This document shows, piece after piece, positions 45,201 through 54,200 of a stretch of DNA of 64,000 nucleotides (the stretch's first letter is position 1; each line of letters starts with the position of its first letter). Origin of the DNA: Pseudomonadota bacterium (GTDB lineage: Bacteria > Myxococcota_A > Polyangia > Palsa-1104 > JAEUJZ01); contig DAOLIT010000028.1 of assembly GCA_035328405.1 (NCBI GenBank), positions 577 through 64,576 of the forward strand, in the 5' to 3' direction. Below the pieces are notes generated by a model, which worked only from the letters and a program-made list of their open reading frames with translations, was not told the origin of the DNA and ran no database searches. The translations under genes and the position numbers were made by a program.

Positions 45201-46179
45201 GTTGCGGGATTCCCACCATGGCAGGAACCGGCGCAACAATCGGAACCAATTTCGGGGGAAGGACCCCCGGAGGCGCAACATTCTGGAAAGACTTCAATGC
45301 GACGCTGATGTCAGGGGGGGGAATCGGTCTTGCGAGTTGTTCCAGAAGTACCTGTCTCTCTTTCAAGAGCTGCGCTTGCCCGGCGGCATTGCCGGCCAAC
45401 TGGGCTTGGATCAGTTGGGTCGCAGCAGCGATGGTTTCAGGGGGTTGAGGAACGACCAGCAAAAGGGAGAGATTTCCCGAAAGAGACGCGGCCTGTTCCT
45501 GCATGAGCAGCAGCGCACGTTGATTCTGAAGTAGACTCTGCTGAAGGATTGCCCGTTGCTGCTGAATGGCCGCCGCAACTGCCGCTGGAAGTCCTTGAAG
45601 AGCCTGGAGTGCCTGTGCAATCGCCGGACTGATGGGCACGACGACGGGCATCGTGGGAATCGCTCCGACAATTTGAGGAACCATTTCAAGGGTTAAAGGG
45701 GGCACGGCTTTCAGATCGTTGTACACAGGACGCAAACACAGTTTGAGCATCAAGATGTTGTTGCCCGCAAACGCCTTGGCTACTTTGTCGGTATCCTTGA
45801 TGTCGCCAAGGAGTTTTGTGTCGGACATCCGAAAACGCATCCGCCCCGTGAAACCATGGGTGGCCATGTCAAGAGAGAGGTGTGTGATGTTGTGTCCTTC
45901 AATCTTAATGGGAGGAAGTTGTCCCAAAAAAGGGGGCATGATGGGACTGCCCGGCTTCACCGCACCGGGCGGCGGTTTGTGGGGAGGCTTCGTTGCCAAG
46001 TCGATGTTATCGAGTTCCGTGAGTACAAGCGGAACGGGCGGGGGTGCAGGCAACACTGCCGGAGGAACCACTTGCACAATTTCAAACACAAAACTCAGCT
46101 GTTCGTGAAATGTAGGGGTCTCTTTGGCCAGCTCTTCTTCGAGGGTATCTGGCTCTTGTCCGGGGTGTTTACGATCCAT
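39250..46179 (-). CDS. vgrG: Giant VgrG-like spike protein (second copy)
   Basis: Exact copy of 6920..13849. Confidence 0.75.
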   Translation of the reverse strand: MDRKHPGQEPDTLEEELAKETPTFHEQLSFVFEIVQVVPPAVLPAPPPVPLVLTELDNIDLATKPPHKPPPGAVKPGSPIMPPFLGQLPPIKIEGHNITHLSLDMATHGFTGRMRFRMSDTKLLGDIKDTDKVAKAFAGNNILMLKLCLRPVYNDLKAVPPLTLEMVPQIVGAIPTMPVVVPISPAIAQALQALQGLPAAVAAAIQQQRAILQQSLLQNQRALLLMQEQAASLSGNLSLLLVVPQPPETIAAATQLIQAQLAGNAAGQAQLLKERQVLLEQLARPIPPPDISVALKSFQNVAPPGVLPPKLVPIVAPVPAMVGIPQLLEPGLSPNGPLVPIEMLLTAVITSHTVCQHTSREANDLIVSVREYAIEFCDPAQALWKQHFPIELYTNTSMSQVIKKNANLLINVKVKSIPLSLPQDQIFLNLNRQHSVTERASFYDWLVWRLDEMEHTLTYDYSQNIYVIQERPRRPKPFQIFARDIAKIVTTGTMGRFYEERLRNDSARVASTQAVLNLQALSPLKQDRWFPTPVPLNFAMEYIKRLATFSQPSPAFLLYFRRFPSRPFPPGVGLDFNLDPLDFPNHEFVIPKAARRVNRVARMVFEAKTVETDVMPRMSAKSTGLFACSLAVFLKTGRDTEPSLPSYVKPRYPLEVEGIVYSMMGMPGTQTWENASTIIGSQQYYQIQLPVFGCQLVKTPFIPNFQPGQYFYPAYRKEHVQVSLYFDRADLGRYLDWRPMATIPSRNQGNQLMIGHDFTNGVTHKLTYDKDVPEYKIQRQRYSTMQFLRMYQSGIEQKSIPPISPKVDLAIQRATLALSKALEIKCKAGVAGLLSLMPGGMGGGMKAEAQVPGPTASLPDQVITMTLLKAQAKHAAAMHNISAKFLKKNAKQSPKANHIRGPQESVPQVGRKTDITAKTPRWVVRNLRKIVAEQAKRELQELAKTEQSLHETDTKETLHSTKMLRTEKHARVSENARMRKADGLLAHELDEKPQSEFDADVIVAERARTPNRKNNPQQASRRGLYDQGWGDIGDEKYPYAVPSFAANDIPRGKDRDESRDESRDESRNKDRGKDRGKDRDKDSDKDFEDTGEENNDKSPPELPPLPRPGSETQGEPLVPSHCRFGMDSGSGAALEIDCPSHKASHAVLVGPQGIRIETANGDHKASIEQHGDTITIKCRELKIDVEKLWVRSQKSSSYQSLGRMTLSSLAGMSLQTPSGLNLTAMNGVVVNALKVLINALKGIRLMGITGGVGTFGGGPGIHSFGSEVSSTGLRNSMTGVTTRVHGTQVEIGPPPKTNSLDTENDLDDEDESERDSEKDSERVSKKDSKKDAEKASMEKSHKDLGRETHEDSERDSEQDSERDSERSQKNSEPIWRENSEDAKTASSLVMRLISPTEEAVRQRGTKRVSRKRTEQQETESPEDDKQPQHTESRAAQHEQEAAESSADDREPHSRKQRWRDRQNDAFAHDKQKKVEVQRAEPKQTVASVTSSAKEAAERIGNSLFGEVARSGPIPSQKPGNVEAAAKLLAKIEALANGGLDDKFGDSESTKSHLLRGAPQQDPYVVMERLVSLFSHMIWEGMTPNDMLHTFQIASAGAPHPIAELEDMLKAFQARTNLEQDSDAGHPEHLTPYQVQFYLALQMYLAELGHDLPPVESEPTNPEHTDLSDAPPPSHSLDDVESITNADKPSNVVEIPGLSEASLLALLEAIHRDRLLDVLRYRPLLIPQLLSAALAGQAGVLSGNHSAPLRNIAEAIFDARPELAVLFILLGLAGRADLLPPSIAPHAIRGYQLANMSSLEVAELRAQLLQKEVPNHDTETIGVARDHEPNKLQPIVDFAAAATEAGHLPRSSAIAIAENPIVALHRLPELVAAMQVLKITADIVEGKPPRMDAIAEAAASLADDSYKDTSSRAIEILKPDPKSVVNASMQTAEKKFAQEIEKGAIKEAGQGTVKGQPTTQQKTGTDAATPSSKEKTSQTTKDVVQEIGQKSTTDPSKGTAKGAAKGAAKETPKGTAKETPKGAAKETPKGTAKETTEKSAKEGSESFPKRIVLDAITETVQSAEKGVAKTQVSFSQKEAPKSASRALVKDWETVETILKAAPTATLLSLPGENILSVGASILGAALSIGEKTPEKTPDGNSGSIRKLSDLKPWLHVLSQHNDVAELMNQGQRAVAAKQLPQDLAHVLKKTLEILKTRALHEGGDQGKTQRGTAENETALAELTEEWLKTEGEALEPQNQKSELAFLEPGKGSQISNKWEQTEGKEGPLEPIGEDWLAKVLAFAKNVMSAAKQLAPRTEQAADKTAQHFKE
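40079..40200. repeat. 24-bp in-frame tandem repeat in VgrG tail (second copy)
   Basis: Exact copy of 7749..7870. Confidence 0.9.
42083..42130. repeat. 12-bp in-frame tandem repeat (DSER)n (second copy)
   Basis: Exact copy of 9753..9800. Confidence 0.85.
42979..43014. repeat. 12-bp in-frame tandem repeat (RDES)n (second copy)
   Basis: Exact copy of 10649..10684. Confidence 0.9.
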
Positions 46180-46555
46180 GCACAAGCTCCACAGTCACAC
46201 TCCCGCTAGGTGTATGAAAGCGAATGAGCAACTGACAGGGGAACCCCCAATAGCTAGACAGGATGGTGCCTTGCAGCTCAATGTAAAGCCGAAGTGTGTT
46301 GTCTCTGCCGTGTACTTTTAGACTGTTCACGCGCAACCTGGGTTCGTACGTTGCGATGGTGTCGTTGATTTCACGCAGAAGAGTCTGTGTGGCGGCACTT
46401 CCGCCCGATTCCTTCAAGTAGTCTGCGGTGCCAAAGCTGTGAAGGAGTGAACCAAAGCCCCGGCGCGCATTGAGCACATGGTCTAGATTCCGCACCACGC
46501 TTTGTGCCTCTGTATCCTTGGGTGCGTCCGGCAAAAAGCGATTCAAAAACGACAC
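46169..46555 (-). CDS. tssE: TssE (second copy)
   Basis: Exact copy of 13839..14225. Confidence 0.85.
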   Translation of the reverse strand: MSFLNRFLPDAPKDTEAQSVVRNLDHVLNARRGFGSLLHSFGTADYLKESGGSAATQTLLREINDTIATYEPRLRVNSLKVHGRDNTLRLYIELQGTILSSYWGFPCQLLIRFHTPSGSVTVELVHGS

Positions 46556-46585
46556 GGTTTCTCCCCCTCATCATTCAGTGAAAAC

Positions 46586-47830
46586 CTAGCGCCAGAACAG
46601 AAATGCGTTGGCTTTTTCAAGAACCGGGTGGACGTAGAAAGCGACAGCAGACTCGCGCAGAACGTGGTTCCATTCTTCGCCCCCTTGCAACAAATAAAAA
46701 TCGACCTCTGGGCCAAAAGTATGTTGAAAAGGGGGTCTTTCCATATGTTTGAAAGGGACACCCCGCAACACCAAACGGTGTACGAGCGCAAGGCGGGACG
46801 TACACGACACTTTGACCTCGGCCAGATCAATCCGTTCATGCAAGGTCGCGCGTTGGATCAACAGGTAAACTTCTTGGGAGTCCTTCACTTCTTCGGGAAG
46901 ACCGCTCAGCGAAAACAGACCATTGTTCTTGACGAAGCGCAGATGTGTCGATCGCGTGTACACCGGACGCAAATGTCGATTCAGTTCTGATAGCAAACTG
47001 AAAAACGAAATAGCCAATTCGTCGTGTCGATAAGGAAAAGAAGGATGATCTGGAACGACTTCATGAAAAGTACAGAGTTCCAAAAGGAGCCTGCGCAGAA
47101 CAACAAACAGGTCGTATGGATGCAAAGGAACGTGGTGCTTTAGATCAGCCAGCGTGGACAAGGTTTCGTACAAAAGGGCCAGACAGCGACGCATCGCTTG
47201 CAAGCGTTCGGGACGCAAAAACGTGTCTTGAAGCTGGGCCACCATTTGCGGTTCCAGATTGGTCAAACGGGTTTCAAGATCCGACAGGGGTTGAAACAAA
47301 TATGGGGTCGTGTTCACTTGCAAAAATGGGGGAACGTAGGTATTTGCGAGTTTCCAACTTCCGTCGGCTTCTTTGCGAAAATCGCCCAGTTTCAGCGAGC
47401 CGACAGCGCGTTCGTGTTTGTCGCTGATGCTTAAGTAGGCGCGGTGCAGGACACGCTCCACGACGCGAGGATCGGAATCGTAGGTGCGGTTCCCCTCGCG
47501 GCCCAGCTCCTCATCTGTGATGTGAACATAGACAGGGAGGTAGGTCGCTGAAGTGGCCTTGAGAGAGAGGGGAGATACGATCGCATTGCCCGGCACACTC
47601 ACGATCTGTCCATCTGGAAGGAGGATCGTGAGTGCGCTCAAACTCAACACCCCGTCTTCCAGCAGGGGTTCAGAAAAGGACAGTTCCGCCACCCCGTAAC
47701 AGGGGCGTCCCAAAAAGCGCGTACGGAGGTCGGCCTGCGCAAAGGAGGTCGCTTGTTGGGCACGCAAGTGTTCGGGCAACACAGTCTGCCCAAGAAACCA
47801 ACGAACAGGGGCGATTTTGAGGTGGCTCAT
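46586..47830 (-). CDS. tssK: TssK (second copy)
   Basis: Exact copy of 14256..15500. Confidence 0.85.
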   Translation of the reverse strand: MSHLKIAPVRWFLGQTVLPEHLRAQQATSFAQADLRTRFLGRPCYGVAELSFSEPLLEDGVLSLSALTILLPDGQIVSVPGNAIVSPLSLKATSATYLPVYVHITDEELGREGNRTYDSDPRVVERVLHRAYLSISDKHERAVGSLKLGDFRKEADGSWKLANTYVPPFLQVNTTPYLFQPLSDLETRLTNLEPQMVAQLQDTFLRPERLQAMRRCLALLYETLSTLADLKHHVPLHPYDLFVVLRRLLLELCTFHEVVPDHPSFPYRHDELAISFFSLLSELNRHLRPVYTRSTHLRFVKNNGLFSLSGLPEEVKDSQEVYLLIQRATLHERIDLAEVKVSCTSRLALVHRLVLRGVPFKHMERPPFQHTFGPEVDFYLLQGGEEWNHVLRESAVAFYVHPVLEKANAFLFWR

Positions 47831-47838
47831 GGCGATGG

Positions 47839-48459
47839 CTACGTGGGGTTTGTGCGGCCCCACATCTTGGTGATCGGTGCCTTGTCTTTCGCAGCCAAGA
47901 TGATCGACTGATTCAGACCTGCGGGGACGATCTTGATCGAAAACGCATAGAAAGAGTTGTCTTGGATAGACAGGTCGTCATTGTCGTTGAGGTCGATCGC
48001 CAGCTCGCGGTCCCCTTCCTTTAAGACTTTGCCTTTCAAGAGTGGTGCATCAAAGCATGCATAGTATTTCTTGGCTGTTGAGAGTGGATCGTATTCAAAG
48101 ACTTTCACTGCAAAGTCTACACTGATATCTGTCAGACTTGCGTACAACAGATTGACCAGCGTCTGTTTGAGCATAATGGGAACAAGTCCCTCTAGGATAA
48201 TGGGATCAGTCGCTCCCAAGTCCCAGCGCACTCGCGTCAACAGAGCCACCGCATTGACCTGCCCAGCGGTCTCGGCCCCACCCGCTCCCGCCGCCGCTGC
48301 TGGCGCCGCCGCAGCCAGACTCGGATCTTTGCAGGCGATGATGAAGGGGGTGACGATCAGTGACAAATCAAATTTGGCCATATAACCAAATGGTGCGCGC
48401 GAGTTGGGTTTGTGATTGATTGCTTGTTCGGGTGACAGTCGTTTGTCAAATACAAACAT
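47839..48459 (-). CDS. Hypothetical 206-aa protein in Hcp position (second copy)
   Basis: Exact copy of 15509..16129. Confidence 0.7.
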   Translation of the reverse strand: MFVFDKRLSPEQAINHKPNSRAPFGYMAKFDLSLIVTPFIIACKDPSLAAAAPAAAAGAGGAETAGQVNAVALLTRVRWDLGATDPIILEGLVPIMLKQTLVNLLYASLTDISVDFAVKVFEYDPLSTAKKYYACFDAPLLKGKVLKEGDRELAIDLNDNDDLSIQDNSFYAFSIKIVPAGLNQSIILAAKDKAPITKMWGRTNPT

Positions 48460-48507
48460 GTGTGTTCTCCTTCGTTGTGCTTGTACGTCTGCAAGAAAAG
48501 GGAGTCG

Positions 48508-49995
48508 TTATCCCAGCCGACTTTCGAGCTTGAGTTCGATGTCCATTCCTTCAAACTGGATGTGCGGCAAAATGGAAACCTTGCAATCGTAGAAGCCGAT
48601 GCGACCAGGCACAGCGTCCACCTTCACAGCGCAGGCCTTGAATGGAAAGCGGCGCATGGTGACGTCGTTCGGAGTCACCGCCGTGGTTACGTAGCGCGAC
48701 AGCCAGCTCGTAAGTTGTTCCTTCAGGGATTTGTCGTCTGAATTGTCGCCGATGTTGTCGCGCACGATGCTCTTGAAGTAGTGGGCGATTCGCGAAACAG
48801 AGAACGTGTACGCCAGGTTTGTGACCAGTTGGGAATTTTCGGTGTCCTTCGGATCGCGATATTCCTTGGGAAGCTTGATTGCGGGGACGCTGAAGAACAC
48901 GGCTTCTGCTGTGCCTTTGCGATGTACCAGGGACGCAATTCCACAACGGGTAAACTCCAATTCCCTGTAGTCGGGAATGTACATCTCGATCGGAATCCGA
49001 ACTTCTGATTCTCCACGGACGTTGAAGGTATCGACTGGAAGACCCGCGATATGTCCGCCGCCCCCTGGTCCGCGGATGTACTGACACCAACCGGATTGTT
49101 CAAAGGAGCGGATCAGGTTGCGCGCCAACAGCAAAGCAGAGTTTCCCCACAGGTAGTTTTGTCGTTGTCCGCGAGTCACTTCCACAAACTGAAGTCCGGG
49201 GCTCGGATTCGTTTCCGGGTTCCAGGGCAGACGAATCACGTACCGAGGGAAAGCCAGGCCGACGTATGCGGCTTCGGGGGTGTCCCGCAGGGCCAACCAT
49301 TGACCGAATTTGGGTTGACTGAAAACACCCTCCAGGTCGCGAATGGCCTCGACTTCCTCGATGTCTTTGCAACCAAAAAACTGTGGTTTCACAGAGGTCA
49401 AAAACGGCGCGTGTGCCGCTGCCGCCACCTTGGACATATTCCGCAACCAGAACAGGTCGGCAGGGGACGTATCAAACTCATAAATACCCAACAAACATCC
49501 GTAGGGTTTGCCTCCGTACTGGTCGTACTCTGTCTTGTAGACTTTGCTGAACAGCGCGCCGGCGAACACGTCGGTGGAATTCGAGTCAAAATCCTGGTGC
49601 AGTTCTTCCTTGCTGGCGTCGAGCAACGCGATCTGGATGTTGGATTCGAAATTGGTGGTTTCCACAAGACCATTGATTCCGCGCCAGGTGGCTTCCAGAT
49701 CCTGAAAAACAGGGTGATGCAGAATTTCGTTCAACTGATCGTTCACCGTCTGGTCAATCTGGCGCACGACCTCGAGCACTTTGCCCTTTTCGATTCGCTC
49801 TGCAGACTCATCCAGGTTGCACAGCATCGCAGCCAAACCGGTCAGCAGACGCTCCTCCTGCGTGACATCCTCACGCGCAGCAACAAAGCGGTCTGAAAAC
49901 ATGCGGGTCAGACTTTTGGTTTCTTGTCCAAGTTGAGCGGCTTCCAGAATGCGAGGCAGAATGCGCGTCTGGGTACCAGTGGGTGTCTCGGCCAT
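48508..49995 (-). CDS. tssC: TssC / VipB (second copy)
   Basis: Exact copy of 16178..17665. Confidence 0.97.
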   Translation of the reverse strand: MAETPTGTQTRILPRILEAAQLGQETKSLTRMFSDRFVAAREDVTQEERLLTGLAAMLCNLDESAERIEKGKVLEVVRQIDQTVNDQLNEILHHPVFQDLEATWRGINGLVETTNFESNIQIALLDASKEELHQDFDSNSTDVFAGALFSKVYKTEYDQYGGKPYGCLLGIYEFDTSPADLFWLRNMSKVAAAAHAPFLTSVKPQFFGCKDIEEVEAIRDLEGVFSQPKFGQWLALRDTPEAAYVGLAFPRYVIRLPWNPETNPSPGLQFVEVTRGQRQNYLWGNSALLLARNLIRSFEQSGWCQYIRGPGGGGHIAGLPVDTFNVRGESEVRIPIEMYIPDYRELEFTRCGIASLVHRKGTAEAVFFSVPAIKLPKEYRDPKDTENSQLVTNLAYTFSVSRIAHYFKSIVRDNIGDNSDDKSLKEQLTSWLSRYVTTAVTPNDVTMRRFPFKACAVKVDAVPGRIGFYDCKVSILPHIQFEGMDIELKLESRLG

Positions 49996-50077
49996 AACGT
50001 ACTCCTTTGGTTTCTGTTTCCGTCGCTGGGTTCCTCTTCAAACGGCAACATATTCGTTTGGGAATCCAATTCTGTTT

Positions 50078-50620
50078 CTACGCAAGCACCGTTCGGGGGG
50101 CCAACTCCTTGCGCGACAAAAGCTTCAGATTCCCAAAGGGTTCAAGTTCCTTCCGCAGCTGCGCGCGTTCTGCTGCATTCCCAAGAATCTGTTGGAGCAG
50201 ATTGCGCACATCCTTGCGGTTGTCCACTTGAGCCATCATTTCAAGGAGCACTTTTCGCAGAAGGAGAAGCGACCGAATCTGCGGAATGTTGCTGGCGACC
50301 TCAGCCGGATTGAAAGACTTGCGGTTCGTGATGGGAATGTCGACTTCAAGCTCTCCAGCCTCGGGGTCGAGGTGATTTTTTGCGGCGAGCTTCAAACGGA
50401 TTTTCATGTTTTCCATGAGCTCGTCGATGTTCTTGGCATCCAGGTTGCGTAGCCGGCGCGTTTCCAGATCGACACTGCGATCGGTAGACGTTCCATGCGA
50501 CAAATCTGCCAGCACGATCAAACGAAACGGGAGTTCCACTTCCTTGAGCTGACCTTGCACATTGGTTTCGTAAGTCAGGTTGACGCGGGAGCGCGGGATC
50601 AATTGTTGAATCGACTTCAC
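50078..50620 (-). CDS. tssB: TssB / VipA (second copy)
   Basis: Exact copy of 17748..18290. Confidence 0.9.
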   Translation of the reverse strand: MKSIQQLIPRSRVNLTYETNVQGQLKEVELPFRLIVLADLSHGTSTDRSVDLETRRLRNLDAKNIDELMENMKIRLKLAAKNHLDPEAGELEVDIPITNRKSFNPAEVASNIPQIRSLLLLRKVLLEMMAQVDNRKDVRNLLQQILGNAAERAQLRKELEPFGNLKLLSRKELAPRTVLA

Positions 50621-50660
50621 GGTGTCCTCCTTATGGGGTGAGAGATACCGTGACTGTGAC

Positions 50661-50677
50661 AGCACTGACCATGCCAA
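50661..50677 (-). promoter_or_regulatory. Candidate sigma-54 promoter upstream of tssB (second copy)
   Basis: Exact copy of 18331..18347. Confidence 0.6.
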
Positions 50678-50783
50678 CTTCCCAATCACCGCCGCACTGC
50701 ATTCGGTCAAAACTTTGCAAGGGAAACCCGGTGTTTGGGACATGCCGAGAGCATTCATCCCGACGACAAACGCGGGAGTGGTC

Positions 50784-50815
50784 TGTGCGCTCAACATGCG
50801 CACACTGCGCGCACA
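50784..50815. promoter_or_regulatory. 11-bp-phased palindromic decamer array (second copy)
   Basis: Exact copy of 18454..18485. Confidence 0.6.
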
Positions 50816-50844
50816 TACTTGCTGTTGGGAAAGACATGTACCGT

Positions 50845-51297
50845 TTATGGGAGTCCCCTTCCCAAACGACATTCTTTGACTTGAGGAATGATCATTCCGG
50901 TTCGACCAAGCGGAACAGAAATCGTCCAGGGAAGTGGTGGAGGAAGCAGCAATTTCCAGCTCCCTGTCGTTGAATCCAGCAGCAAATAGATCCCCACAGA
51001 TTTGTCACTGGGAACGGTCAAAAACATCCTCCTTTTTTGATTCGGTTCAAGCAAGAGAGTCCGAATCACCGTCTTGTCTGGCTTCACTGCAAGCTGAACC
51101 ACATCCGCGTAACTTTCGTCGCGGTATTGTTCGGAAGAAACAGTCCGAACCAGCACATGCAGAGGCCTCCCCTGGTTTGTGTCTTGGTGGCTTTGGACCG
51201 TCACCCACATTCGCCAAGACGAACACCCACTTTGCAACAAAAACAATGCAACCAAACACCACCATCCAAAAGAAAATCGACGCAGCGCGGGGTTCAT
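50845..51297 (-). CDS. tssJ: TssJ-like lipoprotein (second copy)
   Basis: Exact copy of 18515..18967. Confidence 0.7.
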   Translation of the reverse strand: MNPALRRFSFGWWCLVALFLLQSGCSSWRMWVTVQSHQDTNQGRPLHVLVRTVSSEQYRDESYADVVQLAVKPDKTVIRTLLLEPNQKRRMFLTVPSDKSVGIYLLLDSTTGSWKLLLPPPLPWTISVPLGRTGMIIPQVKECRLGRGLP

Positions 51298-54200
51298 GGT
51301 GATGTAACCCGAAACAGCAACCAGGGATCGGGCGCGATCACAAAGCGAATCACTTGAACTTCTCCCGCTCCCTCATCGTGAATCCGCCACGTACTTTCCC
51401 CGTCGTTTTCCACAGTGCTTTTTTGCAGCAGCCGAAACAGACTCCACGCAGAATCGGCCACTTCCAACGTCTGCGTGTGTCTGCGTCCCGATTTGCTCGA
51501 TGTACTTTCGATTCCCACAAGCGCGGCCCCCTGATTCCACCATTCGATCGATACCGAATCCGCAGTCGTGCGCTGGTTGAGTCCATAGAAGGTATTTTTT
51601 CCTACGCGCAAAAAGGCCACTGATGGCTGTACTCCTGCACCCTCTTGCGCCCGTTTTCCTTGTACACCCCGAATCGTCAAACGGAGTGGTTGACGGCCTC
51701 CTTTTGCGTCGAAAAGTACCCGACTCAACTTTGCGATTTGGTTCACCGTTTTGAGCAACTCGGAAGGCAAAGGAAGGGCACCCAAACTGCTGCGCCGTGG
51801 TCGATACAAACCGTCTTGCAGCACAATTGCGGGTTCATAAAACGATCGAACATCTTGGAAAAAAGACCCACTGCTTTCGTTCAGCACATCGAGTTCAGAA
51901 GGCGCAACCTCACGTTCGGCGGAAGCGTGAAAGGGAAAACGCTGAAGAAGTGTCTGTAATTTTGGAAGAGCTTCTTTGTTCCAGTGGTCGGAAAGGGTCG
52001 TAGCAATGTCCTTTTCGCCTCGACGGTAAACGGCCAAGAAGGGGTCCATAAAGGGTTTGCGGAATGCGCCCACAATCCCTGCTTTGTCCAAGAATTTCTC
52101 TGCTTCAGAAAGAGGAGAACCATCCCCTGAACCGGATGGTTGCGACATCAAGAGGGCACTTTTACCAAGCGGTCCCAAACGATCTGCAAGACCTGTTTTT
52201 CCGTCGGGATTCTTTCCGTCGCCCTTGCTGTGTGAGCCCCACGGCGCATCCAAAGACTCGGCCAATTTGGCTATCGTGGACAAATAGGGTTCAAGCCCTT
52301 TCGGTTTCTCGTCACTCCCTTCCACAGTCGCATTCCCTGGCCCATTCCCAACCGTGTCATTCCCTTTCCCGGCGGACTTTGGCGGAGTGTCCGTTTTCTG
52401 TGTCTCCTTCTCTGTCACCTTCTCTTTTTGTGGGACTTCAGGATTCGGCTTTTCTCGACGACGCTTGAGCAAATCAGGATTCACAACCCGAACCAGGGGT
52501 TCAAATTCCGCAAGACAGACTGCCAGCGGTTTCAAAAACGGATCATCCAAACCCGACAAGGCTGCGTTTTCCGCCACGGTTTGTACATGCGCCACAAAAC
52601 GGGAGCCGGGTTTCACGATGTCTAGCAACGCGGTATGAACATCCTCGACGGAATGGCCGCTCCCTCGAATGTGAAAGTGATAGCTCAAATAGTATCGGGA
52701 CAGTCCTTTGCAGTACTTGTCTGCATACCCCTCGATCTCATTCCGAACCAAGTGTGTGAGTCGGATTTTGTCCTCGGGTCCAAGCGCCTTGCTTTCCGCA
52801 ACAGCCCTCCGCAATTCGCGCACCAATGGAAGGACTTCATGGTCAAACACCGTTCGGTTGTATTCGTCTCCCAAATCATCCGCAGGGAGTTCTCCGGTGC
52901 TCAAAAGATGTGCAATCCGTGGTCGGAGTTCCTCGTGGCTAAAGGGTGGCATATCGTGGCTGTGCCTGGACGGACGACACGATCGATCGCGACTGCTCTT
53001 TCCCGCATCGTCACAAGGGACACATTCCCCTCTTTTTCGCTTCCGTTCGGACACACAGCGGCAACACGTTTCTCGACTTGTATGGGAATGGGAATGCCCG
53101 CCTTGATGAACATGGTGAATGTGATGGGACAATAGCCACCGCTTTCGACTCCGCAAAAGAAGATCCAGCCACCCCTGTTCGCTGATCTCCAGGATTTTTC
53201 CATTCGGAAATGCAAAATGCGTGGGCTCTTGGGGGAGTGTGGATCTTATCGCAGAGACACCTGTTCGTTTCTCTTCTCCAGACGACAGTGCATTCACGTA
53301 GCGCAAGAGTTGATAAAGACTCATGTGCCTGTGTTTGCCGGATTGCGCGCTACTTTCTTCGATCAAGCGCAAAAGGAGTTCCAAGTTGGTCAGGTTGTCC
53401 ACCAGCCAAGGTTCAGGGAGGAGGACTCCTGCATCTCCCCCAAACAGTTTGTTCATGTCGAGCGGGGTTTCCTCTGCCAACATTTGATAGACGCGGCGCA
53501 ACACGCTTGCTCGTCGCACACGCTCGATTGTTTCGCGCAGATTCAGGGTCTTTTTTCGCAAGTTCTCGAGTTGTTCGTTGGAAATCGAAGGCTGCAAAAT
53601 CGCGTGCGCGATCGTTTGTACATACTCCTGCCACGGGCGAAGATCCGTCACGGGGTACTTCGCGGATTCGGTAGGAATCGGCGGCAAGAGGAGCAGAGCC
53701 TTGTCTTTCCAGGCTACCGGACTGTTTGCAACGTAGTCTGTCAGCAGATCCACTGGAAGAGACAACGTTTCTGAAAAATCGCTGCGCTGCGTATCCAAAA
53801 GAGTTCCGAGGGCGGTTCCTTTTGCGGCATACAGCGCCGCAAGTGCATACAGAATTTTGTCCCTTGCACGTTGACGCACACCCGATTCCAGCGCCGGTCG
53901 CAGATAACCTTGCCGCAATCCCTCCACAAAACTCTGTTCTGCGTCCGCTTTTTCCTTTCGTGCCAGCAAACGGAACAAACGAAAACGCTGCTCGTCTTGA
54001 CGAAAATGATCGAGAGCCTGAGCGGCTTCCCGTTCACTGCGGCGAACCACATCCGATTCCCGCGGTGAAGACAGCGATTCCTGAGCCCGCCTCACACTCC
54101 TCTCAAACGCCTCGGTTGCGTCGGTGGCCAGCTTTACTTTGTGCGCGTGCCTGTGTGTTAAGTACCAAATCGGAAAGGCCCCCCCGAATAAAAGAAGAAG